Assembly: GCA_965228895.1 (NCBI GenBank)
Contig: OZ245842.1
Location: 2,080,001 to 2,144,000, forward strand
Origin: Alphaproteobacteria bacterium
GTDB lineage: Bacteria; Pseudomonadota; Alphaproteobacteria; SP197
DNA length: 64,000 bases
Reading direction: 5' to 3'
Part shown: piece by piece, positions 47,509 to 59,710 of the stretch
Layout of the letters: each line of letters begins with the position of its first letter
How positions within the stretch are numbered: position 1 is the first letter of the stretch
Translations under genes and position numbers: made by a program
Notes under the pieces: generated by a model
What the model saw: only the letters and a program-made list of their open reading frames with translations
Told to the model about the DNA's origin: nothing
Databases searched by the model: none

Positions 47509-49944
47509 TTAGGGCGTCTCAGACGGTTGAAGCAACAGGGTGTGGGCGGGCTCGATCAACGCGCGGTCCGTTGGAATGGTGACCATGTCGTTGTCGCGCC
47601 AGCGCGTGACCATGTTGTCGTAGTACGGCGAGAAGATATGGCCCGATTGCCCGGGCACCCAGACAAATCGAGAGTTGTTGAGATCGGCCAGGTCCATCAC
47701 GGCACGCATGCTGGCGCCGTGGACGGTTTCGAAGACCGCGTTGTCGTTGTTGAAGATGTAGACGCCGACATTGACGCTGTAACTGTCGCCGCCGATGGGG
47801 ACACGGATTTCGGTTATGTCCGACAGCACCGGCACATGCTGAAACAGACGGTGGCGGAAGACTGCGGCGTGGGCTTCGCCCCACCGCCAGGTGGCGGGAT
47901 CGGTTCCGTAGCGCGCGGTAAGAAAGGCTGCGGCATCGTCGAATGCCTGCCCGGCAAGCCGATGGCAGGCAGCCGCGGCTATCTCGGCATCTTGGGTCTC
48001 ATCGACACACCAATCGGCGAGGTCGCCGGACATCACCGCGTGGACAAAGGTCGGCCGGTGCCACCACGCGTCAAAAAACAGCTCACCCAGATCGTCGGCA
48101 TAGATGAGGCGCGTCAGTTCGCGATACCAGGTCGCGAAGATCAGAGGTTGGTCCGATGCCTCGTCCATGTCGCCGCGCCAATCGACAAGCCTGTCTCTCA
48201 ACGTCTGGCCAAGGGGCGTTTCCGGCTCGCTTGCCAGAGCAAAGGGCAGGAAGTGCTGGGCCATCAGGGAGTGCGTATCGGCCTGGATGGCGGCGAACGT
48301 TTCGACCGTATGGTCGCGGCTGAGATCCAGGAGGTCGCGGATCCGCTGGCTGCGGTAGCCCGGCTCCCAGTCGTTGCTCAGAAAGTAAGGGTAATCGTCG
48401 CCGACGACCTTTTCGTTTGCGGTGACGATGTAGCCGCGCGGCGGGTCGACCAGTTGGGGCAGATCCTCGAACGGGATCGCGCCGACCCAGTCGTAGTCGC
48501 CCGACCAGCCGGGGACGGGGACCGATCCGTCGCCGCTTCGCCGGATCGGGATGATGGCGGGCGCGTAGTAGCCGATGCGTCCGCCGGTCTCGGCCAGGAC
48601 GATGTTCTGTTGGGGGCCGCGATAGTCACGCGCCGCTTCAAGCGCATCCTCCCATGACGTCGCCGTGTGCAGCTTGAGGGCCGCCTGGATGCTGCGGTCA
48701 TCGTCGCTCAGCATGGTCCACGCGAGTGCGACAATCTCGTCGTCTTCGCCCAGGCCGTCCGTGTAGTCGGGGTAGATGTCGGAGATGACGGGGCCATGCC
48801 GCGTGCTGCGGATCGTGATGGTCTCATCGTCACCAAACCGAACGGTGATGGTCTCGTCGCGCAGCACGAATGGATCGCTGCCGTCGGGCGTGACGTAGCG
48901 GCCGGGATCGTCCGGGTCGACACGTTCCAGGAAGAGATCCTGGGTGTCGGGACCTGTGTTGGTAAGGCCCCAGGCGAGATCGCGGTTGTGGCCGACAATG
49001 ATCGCGGGAACGCCGGGCAAGGTCGCGCCAACGACGGAAAGACCCGGCGCTTCAAGATGCGCCATGTACCAGGTGGCCGGGATGTTGTGGCCGAGATGGG
49101 GGTCGTTGGCCAGCAGCGGACTGCCCGAGGCGGTCATCGTGCCGTCGACGACCCAGTTGTTCGACCCGTTTCCTGGCCGGGGCAAGAGGTCGAGAAAGGC
49201 TTGGATCCAGGGTGCGCCGCCCAGGCCGGCGGCGCGGAGCGCCTCATCGACAATGATCGGCCCATCGGCCGGATGCGGCGGGAAGAACGCCTCGGTCTTT
49301 TCTGGCCCGAGCAACTCGATCATGCGCGCGCGCAGAACTTCCGAACGCCAGTTGCCGGAGAGGTGAAGCGCCATCACCTTGAGCCAGGCGAGCGAATCCT
49401 TCGGTTGCCAAGGCGCCGGTGCGCCGGCGAGCAAGAGGTCGAGTTCCGGGGCGGCGCCGCCGCGATGGGTGGCGAGGTACGCGTTAACGCCGGCCGCATA
49501 GGCTTCAAGCGTGCCGATCGTTGACGGATCGAGCTTTTCAAGGCTGGCAGCGGCAAGGCCGTCCAGGTCGAGCATGCGGAAGAACCGGTCAAAACGAACG
49601 GTTGCGCTGCCCATAACTGACGACAAGCGCCCCCGGACGATCAGCCGTTGCTGTTCCATCTGGAACATGCGGTCCTGGGCATGAACGAAACCGAGCCCGA
49701 AAAAGGCGTCCGCCGGCGACGCCGCAAAGATATGCGGCACCCCGTTGGCGTCACGCTGGATCTGAACCGTATCGGCCGGACCGTTGACCTCTATCGTGCC
49801 GTCGAGTTGCGGCAGCGAATACCACAGCCACCCGGCTCCGGCCGCGATCAGGCCCGCGATGACCACGACGAGGATCCCCAGGCCGAACAGAAGACGGCGT
49901 GGCCAGCGCCATGGCGACTTCGGTTTTTCTTGTAGAAAAGTCAA
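47509..49944 (-). CDS. Penicillin acylase family Ntn-hydrolase (membrane-anchored)
   Basis: N-terminal TM, RDANGVPHIFA, HAQDRMFQME, autoprocessing site G|SNNWVV and LLANDPHL. Start uncertain (TTG at 49944 used). Confidence 0.88.
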   Translation of the reverse strand: MTFLQEKPKSPWRWPRRLLFGLGILVVVIAGLIAAGAGWLWYSLPQLDGTIEVNGPADTVQIQRDANGVPHIFAASPADAFFGLGFVHAQDRMFQMEQQRLIVRGRLSSVMGSATVRFDRFFRMLDLDGLAAASLEKLDPSTIGTLEAYAAGVNAYLATHRGGAAPELDLLLAGAPAPWQPKDSLAWLKVMALHLSGNWRSEVLRARMIELLGPEKTEAFFPPHPADGPIIVDEALRAAGLGGAPWIQAFLDLLPRPGNGSNNWVVDGTMTASGSPLLANDPHLGHNIPATWYMAHLEAPGLSVVGATLPGVPAIIVGHNRDLAWGLTNTGPDTQDLFLERVDPDDPGRYVTPDGSDPFVLRDETITVRFGDDETITIRSTRHGPVISDIYPDYTDGLGEDDEIVALAWTMLSDDDRSIQAALKLHTATSWEDALEAARDYRGPQQNIVLAETGGRIGYYAPAIIPIRRSGDGSVPVPGWSGDYDWVGAIPFEDLPQLVDPPRGYIVTANEKVVGDDYPYFLSNDWEPGYRSQRIRDLLDLSRDHTVETFAAIQADTHSLMAQHFLPFALASEPETPLGQTLRDRLVDWRGDMDEASDQPLIFATWYRELTRLIYADDLGELFFDAWWHRPTFVHAVMSGDLADWCVDETQDAEIAAAACHRLAGQAFDDAAAFLTARYGTDPATWRWGEAHAAVFRHRLFQHVPVLSDITEIRVPIGGDSYSVNVGVYIFNNDNAVFETVHGASMRAVMDLADLNNSRFVWVPGQSGHIFSPYYDNMVTRWRDNDMVTIPTDRALIEPAHTLLLQPSETP

Positions 49945-49954
49945 GTATTTGAGT

Positions 49955-51118
49955 TCATTTCTTAAGGTCTCGTAGCAACGACTCGCGATGCTCGTCCAGG
50001 CGCGGAATGGCGCCTCTGACGCTGGGGTCGTCATAGGCTGACAGTTTGATCGGGTTGCCGGCCATGGAGAGCTTGCCGGTTTCGGCATCCTCAACGCTGA
50101 CCACCATGTTGCGGGCCAGGACCTGAGGATCGGCCAAGACCTCGGCAACGTTGTTGATCGGGCCGCAGGGCACGCCTGCGGCCTCAAGTACCTTCAGCCA
50201 GTGACCCGTCATATGGTCGGCCAGCGCAGCCTCGACCTCGATTTTGAGCGCCGCCACGTGGTGGGCGCGGTCGCTGTTGGTCAGATAGCGCGGATCGTCG
50301 ACCCATTCCGGCTTGCCCAGAGCCCCGGCCAGCTTGGCGAAAAGAGAATCATTGCCGGCCGCAATGATCAGGTGGCCGTCGGCCGTCGCGTAGGCCTCGA
50401 ACGGCACGATCGAGGGATGGCGCGCACCGAGCGGTTTCGGTGTTTCGCCGGTGGCGACATAGCGGGCGATGGCATTTTCCAGGATCGCCACTTGGCAATC
50501 CAGCATGCCGACGTCGATTTTCATGCCTTCGCCGGTACGCTCGCGGTCATAGACCGCCGATGCGATGCCGATGGTCGTGAACAGGCCCGCCGTGATATCG
50601 CCGACACTCGTGCCCACCCGTGTCGGCGGGCCGTCGGGCTGGCCGGTCAGGCTCATGACGCCGCCCATGCCCTGGACGACCATGTCATAGGCCGGCCGCT
50701 CGGCGTAGGGCCCGCTGTGACCGAAGCCGGAGACGGCGGCATAGATCAGTTGCGGATACTGCTCGTGGAGCACATCCCAGCCCAGACCGAGCTTATCCAT
50801 GACGCCGGCACGGTAGTTCTCGACCAGGATGTCGGCGCTGGCCAAGAGATCATGAAAGATCGCACGATCGGCATCGTCCTTGAGGTTGAGGGCGATACTT
50901 TCCTTGCCGCGGTTGAGCGACGCGAAATAGGCGGAGACCGCACCCATATAGGGGCCGAAATGGCGGGCATCGTCGCCCTTTTCCGGGACTTCGATCTTGA
51001 TGACGCGGGCGCCCAGGTCGCTCAGCACCATCGTGCAGTAGGGCCCGGCGAGAACGCGGGTGAGATCGAGAACGGTCAATCCGCTGAAAGGGCCGCTGGA
51101 GGGGCCGTCGGCTGGCAC
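49955..51118 (-). CDS. CaiB/BaiF family class III CoA-transferase
   Basis: LDLTRVLAGPYC, NRGKESIALNLK, ENYRAG, SGFG and AYD. Confidence 0.92.
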   Translation of the reverse strand: MPADGPSSGPFSGLTVLDLTRVLAGPYCTMVLSDLGARVIKIEVPEKGDDARHFGPYMGAVSAYFASLNRGKESIALNLKDDADRAIFHDLLASADILVENYRAGVMDKLGLGWDVLHEQYPQLIYAAVSGFGHSGPYAERPAYDMVVQGMGGVMSLTGQPDGPPTRVGTSVGDITAGLFTTIGIASAVYDRERTGEGMKIDVGMLDCQVAILENAIARYVATGETPKPLGARHPSIVPFEAYATADGHLIIAAGNDSLFAKLAGALGKPEWVDDPRYLTNSDRAHHVAALKIEVEAALADHMTGHWLKVLEAAGVPCGPINNVAEVLADPQVLARNMVVSVEDAETGKLSMAGNPIKLSAYDDPSVRGAIPRLDEHRESLLRDLKK

Positions 51119-51271
51119 GGGAGTTCACCTGTCGAAAGAGGAAGATCGCGCGTTTCTAGCCCATGCGGCATTCGTGGTCCAACGCCCGGCGTCACAGCGA
51201 ATTTCTTTGATTCGTGCGATAATCCCCCAATATGAAGGGCCTTCGATGACGGGGGCACCAGGGAAGAACGG

Positions 51272-52450
51272 ATGGCCAAGGACAAATTTGACGACGTCAC
51301 CCAGATGGTCCGCGCGATGACGCCGAGCTATCCGGTCTACTGCATCCATCCCGAAACCCTGAAGGCGACTGCCGAGCGGTTTGTCGAGACCTTCCCGGGC
51401 CGGGTTCTCTACGCCATCAAGTGCAACCCGCATCCCAAGATCATGCAGATCCTGTACGACGCCGGCATCCGCCACTTCGATACGGCGTCGCTGGCGGAAA
51501 TCGCCCAGGTGCGCGAGCAGTTCCGCGATGCCGGCGCCTACTTCATGCACCCGGTCAAGGCGCGGGCGGCGATCAAGGCGGCCTATGAGGTCTATGGTAT
51601 TCGTCATTACGTGGTCGATCATCCGGCGGAACTTGCCAAGGTGCTCGATGAGACGGGCGGCGAGGGCGTCACCATCGTGGTGCGCATCGCGACGCCGGCC
51701 GCCGGTGCGGCCTATGATCTTTCCAAGAAGTTCGGCGTGCGTCCGGCCGAGGCGCCTTATATTTTGAAGGAGGCGAAGTCCTGGGGCTGTCAGACCGGCC
51801 TGTCGTTCCACGTGGGTTCCCAATGCCTGGTGCCGCGCGCCTATAAGACGGCGCTGGAAATGGTCGGGGATGTCATCGAGGCGGCCAAGGTCGATCTGCA
51901 CATGCTGGATGTCGGCGGCGGTTTCCCGGCCAGCTACCAGGGCGTACAGATGCCACCGCTCGAAAGCTACATGACTGAGATTTCCGAAGGTCTGAAGACG
52001 CTCGATCTGCGCAAGGACTGCACGGTCATGTGCGAGCCGGGCCGCGCGCTGGTCGCCGACGGTATGTCGCTGGTCACCCAGGTGCTGCTGCGCAAGGAAG
52101 ATCAGGTCTACATCAACGACGGTATCTACGGCAGCCTGTCGGAGATGGTCACCGCCAAGGTCCAGATGCCGGTGCGCGCCATCCGTCTTGACGAACCGAT
52201 GTCTGACAACGGCATGGACTTCAGCGTCGCCGGGCCGACCTGTGACTCGCTCGATGTCCTGCCGTTCACCTTCCACCTGCCCGAAGACATGCGCGAAGGC
52301 GACTGGATCGAAATCGGCACGGTCGGTGCCTATGGCAACGCGCTGCGCACCAACTTCAACGGCTTCTATCCCGACACCTTCGTTGAAGTCTCGAAGGCAA
52401 CTGATGCCGCGCTGATCGGCGACGGTGTCTTGCAGGCCAAGGCGTCGTGA
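51272..52450 (+). CDS. Ornithine/lysine decarboxylase (fold-type III PLP enzyme)
   Basis: YAIKCNP, FDTASLAEI, KKFG, SFHVGSQ, DVGGGFP, EPGR and GPTCDS. Confidence 0.9.
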   Translation: MAKDKFDDVTQMVRAMTPSYPVYCIHPETLKATAERFVETFPGRVLYAIKCNPHPKIMQILYDAGIRHFDTASLAEIAQVREQFRDAGAYFMHPVKARAAIKAAYEVYGIRHYVVDHPAELAKVLDETGGEGVTIVVRIATPAAGAAYDLSKKFGVRPAEAPYILKEAKSWGCQTGLSFHVGSQCLVPRAYKTALEMVGDVIEAAKVDLHMLDVGGGFPASYQGVQMPPLESYMTEISEGLKTLDLRKDCTVMCEPGRALVADGMSLVTQVLLRKEDQVYINDGIYGSLSEMVTAKVQMPVRAIRLDEPMSDNGMDFSVAGPTCDSLDVLPFTFHLPEDMREGDWIEIGTVGAYGNALRTNFNGFYPDTFVEVSKATDAALIGDGVLQAKAS

Positions 52451-53340
52451 GCGCGGTCGCCAAACAACATCATATCGACGTGCCCCATGGCGACGGCACG
52501 GTGCGTCTTGGCTATCTGGAATGGGGTGACAGCGACGCTGCGCGAACGGCGTTGTGTATCCATGGTATCTCGCGCAACGCGCACGACTTCAATTGGCTGG
52601 GGCGCGAACTGGCGAAAGCCGGATGGCGCGTTATCGCGATCGACATGGTCGGCCGCGGCGCCAGTCAGTGGCTCGACGATCCCGCCGGTTACGCCGTGCC
52701 GTCATACATTCAGCACACGGCCCACGTGGTGGCGGCGCTCGATTTGGGCGAGGTCGATTGGATCGGCACGTCGATGGGCGGGCTTATCGGCATGATCGCT
52801 GCCTCAATCGGCGCGGTGCCGATGCGCCGCCTGGTGCTGAACGATATCGGTCCTTTCATCGCCGCCGATGTCATCGCCGGCATTGTCGAGCGGGCAGGCG
52901 AGGTGCCGGCATTCGACAACGAAGACGCGATCAAGGCGTTTTTGATGGAGCGGTTCACACCCTATGGTCCGGTGAGCGATAGCCAGTGGTCCTATCTGGC
53001 CCATCATAGCGGTCGGCGCGATGGCAATGGCACGTTGCGTCTGGCCTGCGATCCCGCCGTCGTGGCGCCCATGGCGAACCAGGAACCGGGCGACGCCGAT
53101 CTCTGGGAGAGTTTCGACGCGATCAAGGTGCCGACCCTGGTGGTGCGCGGTGGTGTGTCCGAGGTTTTGGATCAGCCGACCGCCGAAGCGATGATGACGC
53201 GCGGCCCCAACGCCACGCTTGTCACCTTTCACGGCATCACCCACCCGCTATGGCTTGCCGACGACGAGCAGATCCACTTAATACGCGATTGGCTTGAGGG
53301 CCATCCGCTCAGCGAGGATCGCCTCGCCGCCAAGAGTTAG
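52447..53340 (+). CDS. Alpha/beta hydrolase
   Basis: CIHG, DMVGRGAS, nucleophile elbow GTSMGG and LNDIGP. Confidence 0.88.
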   Translation: MSAVAKQHHIDVPHGDGTVRLGYLEWGDSDAARTALCIHGISRNAHDFNWLGRELAKAGWRVIAIDMVGRGASQWLDDPAGYAVPSYIQHTAHVVAALDLGEVDWIGTSMGGLIGMIAASIGAVPMRRLVLNDIGPFIAADVIAGIVERAGEVPAFDNEDAIKAFLMERFTPYGPVSDSQWSYLAHHSGRRDGNGTLRLACDPAVVAPMANQEPGDADLWESFDAIKVPTLVVRGGVSEVLDQPTAEAMMTRGPNATLVTFHGITHPLWLADDEQIHLIRDWLEGHPLSEDRLAAKS

Positions 53341-53359
53341 GCGGGCACGAGAGGCGGCC

Positions 53360-56628
<3,269 letters not shown>

Positions 56629-56660
56629 GGTGCCCTGATCCTTTGTCTGTCGGTGGTCGT

Positions 56661-56704
56661 AAAATAGAGATGGGGAGCGGCGCCAGCAGGCGCCGCCCCC
56701 CATC
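56661..56704 (-). terminator. Terminator-like 16-bp hairpin between the OsmC-family gene and metY
   Basis: 56669-56684 pairs with 56689-56704 (one G-U on the minus strand), followed by UCUAUUUU. Confidence 0.5.
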
Positions 56705-56720
56705 GGGACCCCTGCGGCGG

Positions 56721-57257
56721 CTACTCCGCCGCCGAAATATGTACCGCCGCGGGGGTTATTTCCAGACTGACGGGCGTTTCGCCGCCGATGATGTCGAGCA
56801 CCGGGCAGTGACGATCAACCGTCGCTTTCAGTTCTTCCAGTCGTTCAATCGGCGCTGGGCTATCGATGTCCACGCTGCCACGAATGGCGGTGAAACCCGG
56901 TCGGACGTCCTCGTTTGCGGCGGTAAAGCCGCTCAAGTCGATATCGCCCTCCAGGTGCACCGACACGCCATCCAGCGGGATGCCCAGGCGATCGGCGTAG
57001 AGTCGGTAGGTGATTTCCTGGCATGACGCCAACGAGGCCAGGATCAGCTCGACGGGGTTCGGGCCCTTGTCCGTGCCGCCGAGCGCCTCGGGTTCGTCGA
57101 CATCCAGGAAGAAGTTCCGCGTATTGACCCTGCTGTGCAGGCCCGCGATTTGGCGACTGGTCGCGCTGAATGTCGCTTGTGCCGCTTCGTTGTCGGCAAC
57201 AAAGGTGTCGCGCAGACCGTTGAAGCCATCGCGATAGGCAAATTGTTCCGTGGTCAT
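56721..57257 (-). CDS. OsmC/Ohr family protein
   Basis: DEPEALGGTDKGPNPVELILASLASC and HCPV, carrying both family cysteines; SD AAGGAG before the ATG at 57257. Confidence 0.88.
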   Translation of the reverse strand: MTTEQFAYRDGFNGLRDTFVADNEAAQATFSATSRQIAGLHSRVNTRNFFLDVDEPEALGGTDKGPNPVELILASLASCQEITYRLYADRLGIPLDGVSVHLEGDIDLSGFTAANEDVRPGFTAIRGSVDIDSPAPIERLEELKATVDRHCPVLDIIGGETPVSLEITPAAVHISAAE

Positions 57258-57312
57258 CGTCTGTCTCCTTGAACCACCGTTATCAAACGGGCCCACGGGA
57301 GACTTCCCGTGG

Positions 57313-57361
57313 CGCTTTAGCGGTTGGCGACGCGGACGCAAGCTGCCCCTCAAATCCCGCG
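57313..57361 (-). ncRNA. SAM-II (SAM-alpha) riboswitch aptamer 2, gene-proximal
   Basis: RNA CGCGG-GAUUUGA-GGGGCA-GCUUGCG-U-CCGCG-UCGCCAACC-GCUAAAGCG: P1 stem, GAUUU loop, UUGC and the 3' GCUAAA pseudoknot arm. Confidence 0.8.
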
Positions 57362-57386
57362 GGTCCCTTCGGGGAACCAAGCCAAC

Positions 57387-57420
57387 AAAAAAACCGCCTC
57401 AGCGTGGTGCCGGGCGGTTT
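57387..57420 (-). terminator. Intrinsic terminator between the two SAM-II aptamers
   Basis: RNA AAACCGCC-N14-GGCGG followed by seven U. Confidence 0.75.
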
Positions 57421-57434
57421 GAAACGTGGTCCGG

Positions 57435-57488
57435 CGCTTTAGCTGGTATTTTTAGAGCGCCCCGCAAGCTGACAATCAAATCGGCGCT
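57435..57488 (-). ncRNA. SAM-II (SAM-alpha) riboswitch aptamer 1, promoter-proximal
   Basis: RNA AGCGCC-GAUUUGA-UUGUCA-GCUUGCG-G-GGCGCU-CUAAAAAUACCA-GCUAAAGCG; it lies upstream of metY, a typical SAM-II target. Confidence 0.85.
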
Positions 57489-57615
57489 GATGAATCTTAA
57501 ATCACTATCGCTTGCGGGTTGTCAAGCGGTTCCCGCCGGCGGCATTCGCACAGGTGACATGGCCACCTTGCCGTGATGGCAGGGCAGACAGCGCTCACGG
57601 ATGTGTCGAAGTACG

Positions 57616-57644
57616 TTGACCTTGCGCCCGTCACCTCTAAGAAT
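57616..57644 (+). promoter_or_regulatory. Candidate sigma70 promoter for the polyamine-binding protein
   Basis: TTGACC-N17-AAGAAT, about 90 nt before the ATG. Confidence 0.4.
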
Positions 57645-57736
57645 CCCAATCGCTGGGCGGACACACCCCCCTTTCGATGGTGTCGCCTAAGCGGGAACCA
57701 AGTGAACGTCACGAGCGACAGAGGAGAGAGCTCACA

Positions 57737-58888
57737 ATGAGACGTGGATTGGACAAACTTTACTATCGTTTGAAGGACGGCGCGCTCAGCCGGCGTGAGA
57801 TGCATGCTGTTCTGGCGGCGGGTGGCTTCTCGCTCGCGGCGATGAATGTCGGCGGCCGACAGGCTCTGGCCCAGGAGAGCTGCGGTTCCGACCACCCGAC
57901 CTTCTTCATCTGGTCGGGCTACGAGATTCCGGAGTTCTATCCGGCCTACATGGAAAAGCACGGCTGCCTGCCTAACTTCTCCATGTTCGGCGACGAGGAA
58001 GAGGCCTTTGCCAAGATGCGCGCCGGTTTCTCGCCCGACGTCATGCAGCCCTGCTCCTACAAGGTGAAGCAGTGGTACGACGCCGGCCTGTTGGCGCCTA
58101 TCGATACATCGCGCCTGTCGAACTGGTCCGATCTGATTCCCGCGCTGATCGACATGCCGGTCGGTACCCAGGGCGGCGAGCGGGTGTTCATCCCCACCGA
58201 TTGGGGCCTGACCTCCGTCACCTACCGCAAGGACTTGGCGCCGGAGTATGTCGACAACAACACCTGGGGCATTCTCTGGGACGAGACCTACTCAGGGCGC
58301 CTGTCGATGATCGACAGCCTGATCGACGGTGTCGCCGTCGCCGGCATCTACAAGGGCGTGCCCAATCCGTTCAACCTGTCGAACCCCGAAGACATGGAAA
58401 CGGTGCGCGAGGCCCTTCAGGTCCAGTTGCCGCTGCTGCGCTTTTATTCGAACAGCATGACCGATGTGGAGAACGCCTTGGCGTCCGGTGAGCTGATCGC
58501 GGCGGCAACCTGGAACAGCTCGTGGGTGGCGCTGAAGGACCAGGGCCTTGATGTCGGCTTCATGACGCCGAAGGAAGGGCCGATGACCTGGGTTTGCGGC
58601 ATCGTGCGCAATCCCGCCAACGACTCGCACGGTCCGGAGATGGTCGACCTGGCTTATGAGGTGATGGACAGCTTCATCAGCCCCGAAGCCGGCGCCTGGG
58701 AAATCGAGAACTACGGCTACGGCGTGTCGAACCAGAAGGCGTTCGAATTGGTCGGTCCGGAGAAGCTTGCCGAACTCGGTCTGCCGGCGGATCCCGGCCC
58801 CTACCTGGCGGCCGGTATCTTCCAGGAGGCCATGGTGCCGGAAGACAAGATCCAGATCATGTTCGAAGAGGTCAAGGCGGGCATGTAA
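57737..58888 (+). CDS. Polyamine-type ABC substrate-binding protein (PotD/PotF family), orphan
   Basis: Tat-like SRRE signal, WSGY, IDTSRLSNW, WG.T, WGILWD and PKEGPMTW; SD GAGGAG. Confidence 0.85.
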   Translation: MRRGLDKLYYRLKDGALSRREMHAVLAAGGFSLAAMNVGGRQALAQESCGSDHPTFFIWSGYEIPEFYPAYMEKHGCLPNFSMFGDEEEAFAKMRAGFSPDVMQPCSYKVKQWYDAGLLAPIDTSRLSNWSDLIPALIDMPVGTQGGERVFIPTDWGLTSVTYRKDLAPEYVDNNTWGILWDETYSGRLSMIDSLIDGVAVAGIYKGVPNPFNLSNPEDMETVREALQVQLPLLRFYSNSMTDVENALASGELIAAATWNSSWVALKDQGLDVGFMTPKEGPMTWVCGIVRNPANDSHGPEMVDLAYEVMDSFISPEAGAWEIENYGYGVSNQKAFELVGPEKLAELGLPADPGPYLAAGIFQEAMVPEDKIQIMFEEVKAGM

Positions 58889-58910
58889 GCCCTCCCTCGA
58901 TCGTTGGGGG

Positions 58911-58943
58911 CGGGGCGGTCTTTTGGCCGCCCCGTTTCTTTTT
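58911..58943 (+). terminator. Rho-independent terminator
   Basis: CGGGGCGGTC-TTTT-GGCCGCCCCG-TTTCTTTTT. Confidence 0.75.
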
Positions 58944-58975
58944 GACGCGGAGTCTGGAGCCGTTAACCTGCCGCC

Positions 58976-59710
58976 ATGCGTTTCCTGGTTTTTCAGCATA
59001 TCGACATCGAACACCCCGGCATCTTCCGCGACCTGATGGCGGAAGCCGGGATCGGCTGGGATGCGGTGGAGCTTGACGAAGGCGAGCCGATCCCCGCCCT
59101 CGACAGTTACGACGCGCTGATGGTGATGGGCGGGCCGATGGATGTCTTCGACGAAGACGAGCATCCATGGCTGGTTCCGGAGAAAGCAGCGATCCGCGAA
59201 GCCGTGCGCGAGCGCGCTATGCCGTATTTCGGATTTTGTCTCGGCCATCAGTTGCTGGCTGACGCGTTGGGTGGTCGGTGCGAGCGCATGCCGGTGCCGG
59301 AGGTCGGCATCATGGAGGTGTCGCTGACCGACGCAGGCAAGCGTGATCCATTGATGCAAGGCATCCCCGGCACATTCAAGGCGCTGCAGTGGCACGGCGT
59401 CGCGGTGACCGAGATGCCCGAGGGCGGTGTTGCACTGGCGCATTCGCCGATCTGCGCGGTGCAGGCGCAGCGCGTCGGCGCTCTTGCCTTCGGCATTCAG
59501 TACCACGTTGAGATGACCGACAAGACGGTCCAGGAGTGGGGCGCGGTGCCGGCTTATCAGGAGTCACTCGAAAAGACATTGGGTGCCGGCGCGCTCGATC
59601 GGTTCGACGCGGAGTGCCGTGCCAACATGGGTGACTTCAACAAGGCCTCTCGCCGGTTGTTCGATAACTTCCTGGGCGAGATCAAAGCGAACGGGCGCGA
59701 CGTCGCCTGA
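58976..59710 (+). CDS. Type 1 glutamine amidotransferase family protein
   Basis: MGGPM, GFCLGHQLLA (Cys), QWH and IQYHVE (His-x-Glu). Confidence 0.9.
   Translation: MRFLVFQHIDIEHPGIFRDLMAEAGIGWDAVELDEGEPIPALDSYDALMVMGGPMDVFDEDEHPWLVPEKAAIREAVRERAMPYFGFCLGHQLLADALGGRCERMPVPEVGIMEVSLTDAGKRDPLMQGIPGTFKALQWHGVAVTEMPEGGVALAHSPICAVQAQRVGALAFGIQYHVEMTDKTVQEWGAVPAYQESLEKTLGAGALDRFDAECRANMGDFNKASRRLFDNFLGEIKANGRDVA

Noticed and set aside
49945-50187. Long N-terminal extension of the 892-aa acylase ORF suggesting a fusion or frameshift with the CoA-transferase
   Set aside because: The extension simply overlaps the intact CoA-transferase in another frame; the acylase begins sensibly just before its TM anchor.
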